A DNA stretch of 32,000 nt from Mycobacterium leprae TN (GTDB lineage: Bacteria; Actinomycetota; Actinomycetes; Mycobacteriales; Mycobacteriaceae). The number at the start of each line of letters is the position of its first letter. Position 1 is the first letter of the stretch. The stretch covers positions 2,250,001-2,282,000 of the forward strand of contig NC_002677.1 in the NCBI RefSeq assembly GCF_000195855.1, given 5' to 3'. The position numbers and the translations under genes are program-made. This document shows, piece by piece, positions 11,871-27,259 of this stretch. A model generated the notes under the pieces. It was given only the letters and a program-made list of their open reading frames with translations, had not been told where the DNA came from and made no database searches.

Positions 11871-12343
11871 GCAAAGGGCAAGATTTGTACGTCACCTCGC
11901 ACGAAATCTAGGCCAAACAAATGATATTATTTATCGACCAAAGGGACACCGGTCGAGTTCAAGTCCATACCGATATATAACACCGGATGCAAAGTAAGCA
12001 TCAGTTATAAGGCTCCACTGCCGCGGCCGCAACCGACTTCCAGGACCCGTTTGTCACTGATATCCGCCTGGAGTGGCCGTGCGCGATGGTAAAGCTGGAT
12101 CACACCCCCATTGGTCTCGTCGAAGGCAGCCAACTGCAAAGACATTGACGTATCTTCCTCGTAGCCAAAGTTAAGGAATACATCGTCGGCGCCAAGTCGG
12201 CGGGTGACAAGGGGATAAGCCCACTTGTGGAGCTTCCGATCGACCAGCTTCCAATAAAAAGTGAGCTGTGCAGCACACGATCCCTGAAATAGCGGAACGG
12301 AATTATGACAGAACTGAAAGGTACTCAAGGCCACTTCCACCAT

Positions 12344-12500
12344 TCAACTCAGCTTATCACCGCCGAGCCTGGTGGCACCAACCAGACCGGCCTCGCCACC
12401 GAGCTCAGCCGACATCACATGCAGGCCAGCCCAAAATCCAGCCGTGCGTAGTTGGCCAATGCCGTGTAGAAAGCTTCCTCACCGTTGAAGTCTTAGGATA
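12344..12500 (-). pseudogene. 3'-terminal fragment of a ROK-family sugar-kinase-like gene (paralogue of the copy at 31678-32000)
   Basis: Minus-strand frames read 'EEAFYTALANYARLDFGLACM*' and 'HVMSAELGGEAGLVGATRLGGDKLS*', resembling the ROK C-terminus (..ADYAGL.F...v.pAeLGgeAGlvGAa.La). The TGA at 12346-12344 abuts the methyltransferase ATG at 12343. The upstream extent is unclear. Confidence 0.5.
12365..12468. repeat. Copy A of a 104-bp dispersed direct repeat (95/104 identical to 31690-31793)
   Basis: Manual base-by-base alignment shows 9 mismatches and no gaps. Weaker similarity with indels continues to about 12540. Confidence 0.9.
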
Positions 12501-12899
12501 ACAACACCACAATCATCGGTGTGGCCACGCCCCCTAATCATAGCAGCATACTTAGGATTATCACCGCCCAACGGCATACGGGTGAACACCGAATACCGAC
12601 CGGGGTGGTGGACATAGCTGCAGTAGGAGCAGGCCATAACCAGCACCGCGTCATCGCGAGAACGACCCACGCCGACCCAGTGCAACATCGATGATGCCGT
12701 CGCGGCTCAGCTTGGTCGGGAAAGCCATGGATTTCCCTGCTTTCGCCACGGGCTGGCGTCCACCAGCTGACTGGGGTTCCGGCTGAGCTGACATGGGGGG
12801 CGCACTTCGATTGCGATGACAAGGCTGGGTCACCACCGCTTTTCGGTACACTCTGGATTCAACTAGCGACTCTAGGTAACGAACTCGGTAAAGAATTGC

Positions 12900-13380
12900 A
12901 ACCGGCGTGGAGTGGCTGGCGTCGTGCCGGCCGAACGAGCAAACGCACGTAAGCTCAGTCCAGCTAGACGCCCACTACAGCAAAGAGGCCCGCCGCGAAT
13001 TTGACAACTGGTGCCGAGTCGCTGGCTAACTGCGTCATGACCGATCGCTACTACCCCCGCTGCCCCACCACCAAGTACCAAACGCGAACGCCAAAAAAGG
13101 CGATACCCATGTCACCGAGGGAAGCATCGAACAGAGTCTGGACTGCAGCGATTCCACCTTGATGGTCGATAGCCAGGCGAATGTCTTCCGAAAGAAACCT
13201 GCTGAGCGGCCACATTAATTAATAGGCTCGTCCAACACCGTGATAGGAAGACACCGTGCTGAACGGTATCACCGTCTACGGCGGGGACCAGACAGTGTTC
13301 TTCCACAACGGCAAACCGTTCATCAAGAACCGCGACCGCAAACTGGGCATGGTCAACAGACTTCAGCAGGTACCCAGCTA
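12900..13380 (+). pseudogene. Small secreted/membrane repeat protein remnant (Rv0680c position)
   Basis: Plus-strand fragments read 'GDTHVTEGSIEQSLDCSDSTLMVDSQANVF' and 'VLNGITVYGGDQTVFFHNGKPFIKNRDRKLGMVNRLQQVPS*', with the stop at 13378-13380. The N-x-V-x-V-x-G repeat style matches the Rv0679c/Rv0680c pair. The frame is broken between the fragments. Confidence 0.45.
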
Positions 13381-13429
13381 ACTTACGACACTATCAACAC
13401 CAACGCCTAGTCCAAGGAACCGAGGAACA

Positions 13430-13913
13430 ATGCGCACCCACATCAATGACTCATCCAGGCTGGCAGCGCTAGCCTTGGCGCTTGTGGTTGTACTAACAAC
13501 TTTCGAACTGGCCAGCTGCAACTAGACGGCCCCCAGCTGACTCGTCGACGAAAACCACAAGCAGCGTAAACCACAACGAGCGTCGGAACCGCACCAACGA
13601 CAGGGGATGACTGGCGAACCCGCTATTGCTTCGGTCAAGAGCGGAAAACAATGCACTACGGATCTCTTGGAACCACGACTACCCTCGGCTGCGGCGATGA
13701 CAAATCATTGAACGCGGCCAACTCGATCAACACACTGACCGGCAACGGCACCTGTGCAACGGTAACCATCGGTGGTATGAAGAAAGAAAACCACCTTCGA
13801 CAAAATCGACCAAACACCTAAGCGTACTGGGCCTCGACAACACCATCATGTATAGAGACGACCCGAAGGTAGACAACATCGGCTCGGACAACACAACCAA
13901 CAAGGGTGAATGA
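13430..13913 (+). pseudogene. Lipoprotein remnant (Rv0679c position), with a nonsense codon immediately after the lipobox
   Basis: GAGGA (13422-13426) precedes the ATG at 13430. The ORF reads MRTHINDSSRLAALALALVVVLTTFELASCN then TAG (13523-13525), which is a signal peptide plus the lipobox L-A-S-C. Downstream fragments read 'TLGCGDDKSLNAANSINTLTGNGTCATVTIGG' and 'VLGLDNTIMYRDDPKVDNIGSDNTTNKGE*', with the stop at 13911-13913. Confidence 0.55.
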
Positions 13914-13927
13914 CCCGCTAGCTCACC

Positions 13928-14730
13928 TCAGGACCCACCCGGGGCGCCATGGCTGCTGCCCCCCGCCCGCGGCGCGTCGAACTCGTGGAAAGCAACGCAC
14001 GAGATACTGGCAAATGCGAAGTCAAACGTCACAGATCCGCGGCATCCCCCCCATTAATGTAGCGCCGACAACCGATCCGATCGCATGCATTGCTGCGGCA
14101 GCACAGGCAGTTAAGCCGCCAGTTCCTCAGCTGCTTTCCTGGCTTCGCCCTCGGGAACGACTCGATCGGCCAAGCCGGTAACTAGCGCTTAGTCGGCTGC
14201 CACCGCGCGGCCGATGAGAATCATGTCCATCAATCCGGCTCTGCCCGATTCGATTAGCCGAGGCAACCTCACAGTACTACCGTCAATTAGCGGCACTTCC
14301 CACCAGTGGAAAAACACCCCGAACACGGCTTTCCTCCTGGGCTACCCGAAAATCACACCACGCAGTTAATTCCAGACTCCCCAGCAACGGCGTAACCACT
14401 CACCACAGCAATCACCGGTTTGGACAACAGCATCCGCTAAGGTCCCATCGACCCGGGACCGCTCGAATGCACGACGTTAGCCTTCGTGGTAGCTAAGACC
14501 TTCAAATCGTCTCTTGCACATAAGGTTTCGCCTTAGCCTCACGATACGGCCATCGACGCTGTGTCGTCGCGGTCGAATTCCTCAAACGCAACGTAGAGGG
14601 CGGCAGCCGTCGGGTCATTGATAACGTTGCGCGCCGACAGCCGGCTGAATGTCACCGTGATCACCAGGACCCTGCGGCTCGACACGCACCGAATTAGTTC
14701 ATATCGTCTCCACGAGTTGAGTTGTGTCAT
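13928..14730 (-). pseudogene. echA5: Enoyl-CoA hydratase/crotonase (echA5 / Rv0675 position), decayed
   Basis: Minus-strand text reads 'MTQLNSWRRYELIRCVSSRRVLVITVTFSRLSARNVINDPTAAALYVAFEEFDRDDTASMAVS*GETLCARDDLKVLA..GPGSMGP*RMLLSKPVIAVVSGYAVAGESGINCVV*'. It continues with a frameshifted, stop-broken block matching the family region '..GVPLIDGGTVRLPRLIG..', then 'LPVLPQQCMRSDRLSALH'. There are multiple stops and frameshifts. Confidence 0.8.
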
Positions 14731-14846
14731 GTCGCTCCGCCAGTTCAGTGGCGAAGTCATAGTAGGCGGCACGCAGCTGGGCACTTGGCTGCCGTGGTGA
14801 CTGCCAGTCCGTCCACGCTGGTGGGGGTGTCGATGATGCTGAGCGT

Positions 14847-15183
14847 CTACCTGATCGTAGCGCTGATCATGATCACGTTTGCTGATATCGGTAGAGGCGA
14901 TGTACCGTAAGATCCCAAAGAGTGGGGGCGGCACGCCCCGTCGATGAACGGATGGTTCTGAAGCAAGCTGTGCAGCAACACGGCCGCTTTCTCGTGCAGC
15001 ATCGGATATATGTCGTTACCGAACGTAGTAACCTGGAGTCGCAGCCTCCAGGAGGCCGACATCCCGCAGCATATCAGGGCCGACAAACCGACCGGGAACG
15101 TCAGGAGCTGCTGCCATCTCGTATAGCAGCCGGTAACAGTACATGTGGTATAAAATCCCCCAGCGCGCCGGCCAGCTCATCAT
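14847..15183 (-). pseudogene. Doc/Fic-family toxin remnant (death-on-curing type)
   Basis: ORF 15016-15282 carries '[40 protein letters not shown]'. After a frameshift near 15040, ORF 14847-15086 carries '[38 protein letters not shown]...[10 protein letters not shown]'. The pattern matches Doc proteins (vRD.GLLESAl.RP....FG.D.YP.l..KAAALLHSL..NHPFvDGNKR). The motif sits at 14937-14954, and N-K has been replaced by A-C. Confidence 0.6.
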
Positions 15184-15356
15184 CCCGATGCACTCGATAG
15201 TCCACCCTCGGACCGCAACCTTGGGATCCAAGTCCAGGTCGAGGTTATCGGTCCACATCCACACCTTTTTAACGCAATTCACTGAAACGCTTTAGTTGCA
15301 CAGGGCAGTTCGCAGTGCGGCCCGACTGCCGGCATCGGCGACAACGCTGGTGACGA

Positions 15357-15596
15357 TCAACAGGACCCAATATCTAGATCACGACCGTACCGATGGGCAC
15401 ATCGCGTCGTCTGGGCTACACTGGCGTGCCAGCAACCGATTGGAGAGCCGATAACCGTCAGCCGGCCGTGGTCATCCACCAGGCAGAGCCGCTCATCGGA
15501 ACCGGCGGTAAACCTGATCAATTTAATCAATCCTCTAGCAGTCGCCGATGCAGGATCGGTAACTGAGCACCACCGAGCGGACAGTCTATTCGTCAT
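15357..15596 (-). pseudogene. Possible Phd/YefM-type antitoxin remnant (79-codon ORF still open)
   Basis: The ATG at 15596 overlaps the echA4-like stop. The ORF reads 'MTNRLSARWCSVTDPASATARGLIKLIRFTAGSDERLCLVDDHGRLTVIGSPIGCWHASVAQT...'. This resembles the Phd/YefM N-terminal fold pattern (..eAR..l..Li..v......v.It..G...vl.s..dy.aw.ET). It lies immediately upstream of the Doc-like remnant. Confidence 0.4.
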
Positions 15597-16556
15597 GGGT
15601 ACACCTACGAAGCTGGCGGCCATAGTCGCCAAACGGCTTGTCGCGGTATCGCACGGCGTCCCGAAAACCATGCTCAACCGCGCCAACGACGAAAGAATGA
15701 CCCTCAGGCGTGGTGGCCGCAACTCCATAGAAAATGGTACTGACCATTCCTGCTGGTGGCCAAACGCTTGTTACAGCAGAGCGAAATTGAGTGCGAGCTT
15801 GATCACGATCAGCTGGCTGATAGGCATCGCAGCAATGACGGGCCATTAGCCATTGGGTACGCTCATCAAAGTCTTGTGAATCCGGCACTTCGATATCCAG
15901 AGTATCATTCGACAGCTTGCATGCCGGTTGATGTAATCACCAGTGAATAGAAGAAGTTTGACACGCTGATCACTTAGACGATGCGCCCACAGAATCGCAG
16001 AGGGTACCCCATACACACCCGTGTAGACGTATAGCCAATTGCGGCATCAGCGGCGGTACTCACCCTGGTCGGCGTGTAGCGCGATGTCTTCGAGCTACAC
16101 AGCTACGCAGTAACCGTGGATCTTGACCGCAGTCGACTTGTCGGCATGCAGCAAGCTGGAAACCCCGCACATGCACAGGTGCATCATCTGATCATCTGGT
16201 AGTCGAGCAGCAGGCCCCACGGCTGGTTCGCGAAGTGGTTGATGGCCTGTGTCTTGCCGTCCAGCGCAGTGCTTTTGTGTGCGCTACCACCGCCTGTCGA
16301 CGACTGTCCCTCGGCGTAGGCAAACAGGTTCAAAACCCACACAAACGCCCCCGCCACAGCGGGATATCAGAATGACATGTATGTTCGGGTCCACACCGAC
16401 ACCCTCAACCGAGGCGGACAACTCCAGCAGCGGCTCAGCGATGATCGCGTTGTCCTTCGCCGGACGATTGTAGGTAATCCGCACAACCCAGTCGGCGACC
16501 TCGTAGATCATAGTTATCAAGTTGTCAACGTGTACTGTCCTGACTGCGTGAGTCAT
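15586..16556 (-). pseudogene. echA4: Enoyl-CoA hydratase/crotonase (echA4 / Rv0673 position), decayed
   Basis: ORF 16284-16556 reads 'LITMIYEVADWVVRITYNRPAKDNAIIAEPLLELSASVEGVGVDPNIHVILISRCGGG', a crotonase N-terminus. ORF 15586-15888 reads 'DFDERTQWLMARH...MVSTIFYGVAATTPEGHSFVVGAVEHGFRDAVRYRDKPFGDYGRQ', a C-terminus. The frame is broken between them. Confidence 0.75.
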
Positions 16557-16599
16557 AGTGTGACTCAGATTTTTACCAAGGCACGTTCTAGGATATACA

Positions 16600-18080
16600 C
16601 AAAATCCAATCCGGTCGGCAGGGTATCTAACACCATCCCACTGACCGTCGAGCCCGGGTGGCCAGGAACGCCTCGGAGATGGCAGAACGCCGGTAGCGCA
16701 CCAGCAACACCCCCCTACAATGCCAGGCAGATGTCCTCTACAACCTTGCGAGCGCAGGTACTGGATAGTTTAAGTTGTAGCCACAACCCTTCTACATAGA
16801 CGTCCAGCCGGGGATCTCCTGACCCGAGGATCCAGCCAAGTCAAACCGAATAGCACCTCGACGCATTCGCGTCTAGGTGGGGCTACCTATGGTACGCAAG
16901 GGTATCTAGTGCGCTGACCGTTTCCTGAACCCTCCCAAATACCCATCAGGTAGCGCCTCTGTCTATTTTCCACGCACCGCATTGTCGGGGAAGCACTGGA
17001 CCCCATCCGCATCACGACTATCGTGGAGTCCCCAACCTCAACGACCAGGGCCTCCAGCACGTTGCACATCAGCTGCTGGTTGATCAGATAGGCACCGAAT
17101 GCCTTTAGCATGCCGCATGGTTCGAGTCACACCGGTACGCATGTGGTGGCACTGCCCAGGGTGGGGTCCAACCCAGATGCGGTTGACCATCTCGATGGTA
17201 TATCGTCAAGTCCCCCACGTCCCTTTTCACTTACTAACCAGGCAGTGACACCGTCGTATTCAAACTCACTCGAGGCAGTGGCATGGTTATTGAGCTGGTC
17301 CTTGAATCGCTGCAAAAGAACATCCTGGTTGCAGGTGCCATCGGGGAGCACCCGCCGACAACATGAAGTACGACAGTCCGGCCGTTGGCAGGGGAATGCC
17401 AAAAAGATGTCGAACATTGATACCAAGATGAACCACTAGTGGCCCGTGAAGCTGCATTTACCGTCGGCGTTTGGGGTCCCGCCTGGGTTCATGCCATCGC
17501 GGACATCGGAGCCCCCTGGGTATCAGTCATAAACATGTCCACGGTAATAACACACGCTTCGTGGTGGCCAGTTTTAGTTCTGGGTCGTACTCGCTACTGG
17601 TCAGCAACAACTCATAGACCGCCACCAACTCGGGAGGTATACCGCAGCGTCAAGATAGTAGCGTAGATCATCGCAATCAGGCACATATGCCCTGGCTCGA
17701 TGGTCCATACCGAGGCCATGATGACAAGCACCACATACGCCCTGGCTACTCGTCGGACCACGGCGCAGCTTACATGCTGTGGGAGATCGCCGTGCGCATC
17801 GTCTCGTAGTGGGCTGGGTCGTATTGCAACTCATCGACGCAGTCACCCACATCGGTCGTAAGTGTGCAGGACAGGGCTGGTTGCGGTCGGTGAGCTCGCC
17901 CCAACGCTGGGCTCATGGTGGGCGTAAATCGCTCCCAACTTCGTTTATCTTCTCAGGCCACACAGACCGCCCTCGCGATTAGGACCTCGACAAGCGCCGG
18001 GAAGATCGCCGGGTTGTAGTGGGCCAGCAGCGTAACCTGATTGGTGGACGACATGTGTGTCTGACATGTCCACCTAATAC
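16600..18080 (-). pseudogene. fadE8: AidB-like acyl-CoA dehydrogenase (fadE8 / Rv0672 position), decayed
   Basis: ORF 17127-17426 reads 'RRVLPDGTCNQDVLLQRFKDQLNNHATASSEFEYDGVTAWLVSEKGRG', compared with AidB 'PRFLPDGQRN..RLKDKLGNRSNAS.E.EF....GWL.G.EG.G'. ORF 16887-17111 reads 'RRYLMGIWEGSGNGQ', compared with AidB IWEGSGN. An N-terminal 'TNQVTLLAHYNPAIFPALVEVL' lies near 18060. There are many frame breaks. Confidence 0.75.
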
Positions 18081-18186
18081 ATTAGATTTCTCCGACAATC
18101 GCATAATACACGTCACACTAACGCGGAGGCATTGGGGAAGGGGACCATGAACGCCCTCGAGTAGACGGAGCGATCCCGCTGCTGCG

Positions 18187-18945
18187 TCAGCCGCTGGTCT
18201 TTTCGCGCAAGAACGCAATGTCGTCTTTGCGACCTTCCTCGGCGGTTTCGCAGATCACCGGCGCACCCGCTACCTTGACTGCTGCTACCAGCAACTCGGC
18301 ATCGATTTGACCACTACCCAAGTTGGCGTGACGGTCACGACCAGAACCCGCTTCGTCCTTGGAATCATTGCAGTGCACCAGGTCGATCCGACCAGTGATG
18401 GCCTTGATGCGATCCACAACATGAATCAGCCCCTCGCCAGCCGCCCAAGCATGACAGGTGTCCAGGCAAAAACCGATACCGGTTTCACCAATAACATCCC
18501 AGAGTCGGGCGATGGTATCAAAGCGGCGAGCCATCGCGTGATCGCCGCCGGCCGTGTTTTCGAGGTAGACCGGAACGTCAGTTTGCAGTTGGTCGAGTGC
18601 TTTACGCCAGCGTTGGAAACCATCCTCGAGGTCATTGTCATCGGCGACGTACCCACCATGCACGACCACGGCAGCAGCGCCGATGTCGGCGGCTGCGTCA
18701 CAAGTTTGCTGCAGGATCTTGCGTGATGGGATCCGCACGCGGCTGTTAGCCGACGCGACGTTGATCAAGTAGGGCGCATGAACGTACACCGGCAAAGCCG
18801 TAGCCTTCAGAACATCGGCATCGCTACGCAGTGTGGGCGCCTTCCAGCTCTGCGGGTTACCGAGGAAAATCTGCACTACGTCAGCGCCTTCAACCTCCGC
18901 TGCGGCGAGCGGATCGGTGGAGCTGACATGCGAACCGATGAGCAC
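18187..18945 (-). CDS. nfo: Endonuclease IV (AP endonuclease)
   Basis: An intact 252-aa ORF begins [34 protein letters not shown] and contains ...[10 protein letters not shown]...VVVHGG...YLENTAGG...[11 protein letters not shown]...HCNDSKD. These are xylose-isomerase-like TIM barrel metal ligands typical of Nfo/End. It occupies the Rv0670 position. Confidence 0.95.
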   Translation of the reverse strand: MLIGSHVSSTDPLAAAEVEGADVVQIFLGNPQSWKAPTLRSDADVLKATALPVYVHAPYLINVASANSRVRIPSRKILQQTCDAAADIGAAAVVVHGGYVADDNDLEDGFQRWRKALDQLQTDVPVYLENTAGGDHAMARRFDTIARLWDVIGETGIGFCLDTCHAWAAGEGLIHVVDRIKAITGRIDLVHCNDSKDEAGSGRDRHANLGSGQIDAELLVAAVKVAGAPVICETAEEGRKDDIAFLREKTSG

Positions 18946-19233
18946 ACCGCCCAGTTTAGCGAAAGATGCCTACGCCCAGCGCTACCGTCACAATGTGGCC
19001 ATGGGTGTCTAACTCTTTGGGGGCACAACAAGCACCAGCGCCCACGCCGGTGCTGGGAAGCAAGCCACCCGCTGATCCTTGGAAGTCATGCGAGTTCACC
19101 CGTCTACATCAGGCAGATAACCGATAGACGACTTTCGAATTCGGACATAACCGGCACAGACAGATGCGCCAATCAAGTGATGGCTCCTTGGCTGGTGTTA
19201 ATGTCGCGGACGTATTGATGCAGCACACGGAAG

Positions 19234-19261
19234 AGACTCCGGTCACTAACCGGAGTTTTTC
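19234..19261. terminator. Hairpin between rpoC and nfo; possible bidirectional terminator
   Basis: The stem pairs actccgg (19236-19242) with ccggagt (19250-19256) around a 7-nt loop. On the plus strand it is followed by ttttt (19257-19261). On the minus strand (rpoC sense) it starts 10 nt after the rpoC stop and is followed by UCUCUUCC. Confidence 0.5.
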
Positions 19262-19269
19262 GTTGCCGA

Positions 19270-23244
<3,975 letters not shown>

Positions 23245-23268
23245 TTAGTGACGATAATGCCAAGTTCG

Positions 23269-26868
<3,600 letters not shown>

Positions 26869-27259
26869 TTAGTTAGGCCGGCGAACAACCCGGCCCAGAT
26901 CTCACGCGCGCAACCGAATAGCTGAGCCACCTAGAGGGCTCGCGCTAAGACCACGGTATCAAAACGGCGGGTGAGGTGGGCAGGAAGTAGCCAGCGCAAG
27001 ACCCAACAATAACGCAGGACGGCGCATTTCTCAACTACCCAATAACAACCGACCCCACGAGGTATAGGCGCTGGCTAGTATCTCGACTTTCCTCGTGTAC
27101 AGATAACTATTCAACAGACTGACCCGTTTAGTCTCTGCCGTCAAGGGGGCAGCGCAGGCAAGTTACGCCAAGTGGCGATAAATGGCCAGAGCGCATCTTA
27201 TGGACCCAGTAAACGCGGTTTGCCTGGATGCCCATCGGGGGATGGCCAGACTAGCGCAC

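Larger units (their letters stand above)
11450..12343 (-). pseudogene. SAM-dependent methyltransferase of the Rv2952/Rv1523 (phthiotriol-type) family, decayed
   Basis: ORF 12005-12343 reads 'KWAYPLVTRRLGADDVFLNFGYEEDTSMSLQLAAFDETNGGVIQLYHRARPLQADISDKRVLEVGCGRGSGAL*' and stops just after SAM motif I. Manual translation continues with '[48 protein letters not shown]', then 'DAVVNIESS', 'FLAEWWR / VLRSEGRFLYADF*' and 'EIFSYRMYCFVKND'. There are several stops and frameshifts, including two 13-bp tandem duplications. Confidence 0.8.

Noticed and set aside
11945-11970. tRNA-like T-loop motifs, 'ggtcgagttcaagtcc' near 11950 and 'ggttcgagtc' near 17118.
   Set aside because: No complementary T-stem, acceptor stem or anticodon arm can be drawn. 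Both lie inside pseudogene coding text (MDLNSTGV in the methyltransferase, and fadE8).
12005-12343. The 112-aa ORF taken as an intact small methyltransferase CDS.
   Set aside because: It stops immediately after SAM-binding motif I (VLEVGCGRGSGAL*). The rest of the family sequence continues downstream in other frames with stops, so it is a pseudogene fragment.
12365-12468. Reading the repeated 104-bp segment as an enoyl-CoA hydratase active-site region, or as one of the named M. leprae dispersed repeats (RLEP and others).
   Set aside because: The spacing of the 'YA....LACM' text does not fit the crotonase GGG-ELAL-CD block. The flanking 'DLDFVVVGDGV...' and 'AELGG.AGLVGA' text fits a ROK-kinase C-terminus better. 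I cannot match it from memory to RLEP or REPLEP sequence, and only two copies are visible here.
12560-12851. A possible TetR (Rv0681-position) remnant, from 'KLSRDGIIDVALGRRGSFSRDDAVLVMACSYCSYVHHPGR' on the minus strand.
   Set aside because: Only a loose HTH-like pattern spread over two frames. The region could equally be the upstream part of the ROK-like fragment. The evidence is too weak to call as a feature.
14539-14934. The 131-aa ORF taken as a gene.
   Set aside because: It is a composite. Its 3' third is the echA5-like N-terminus ('VLVITVTFSRLSARNVINDPTAAALYVAFEEFDRDD'). Its 5' part is an out-of-frame read-through of the Doc-like remnant.
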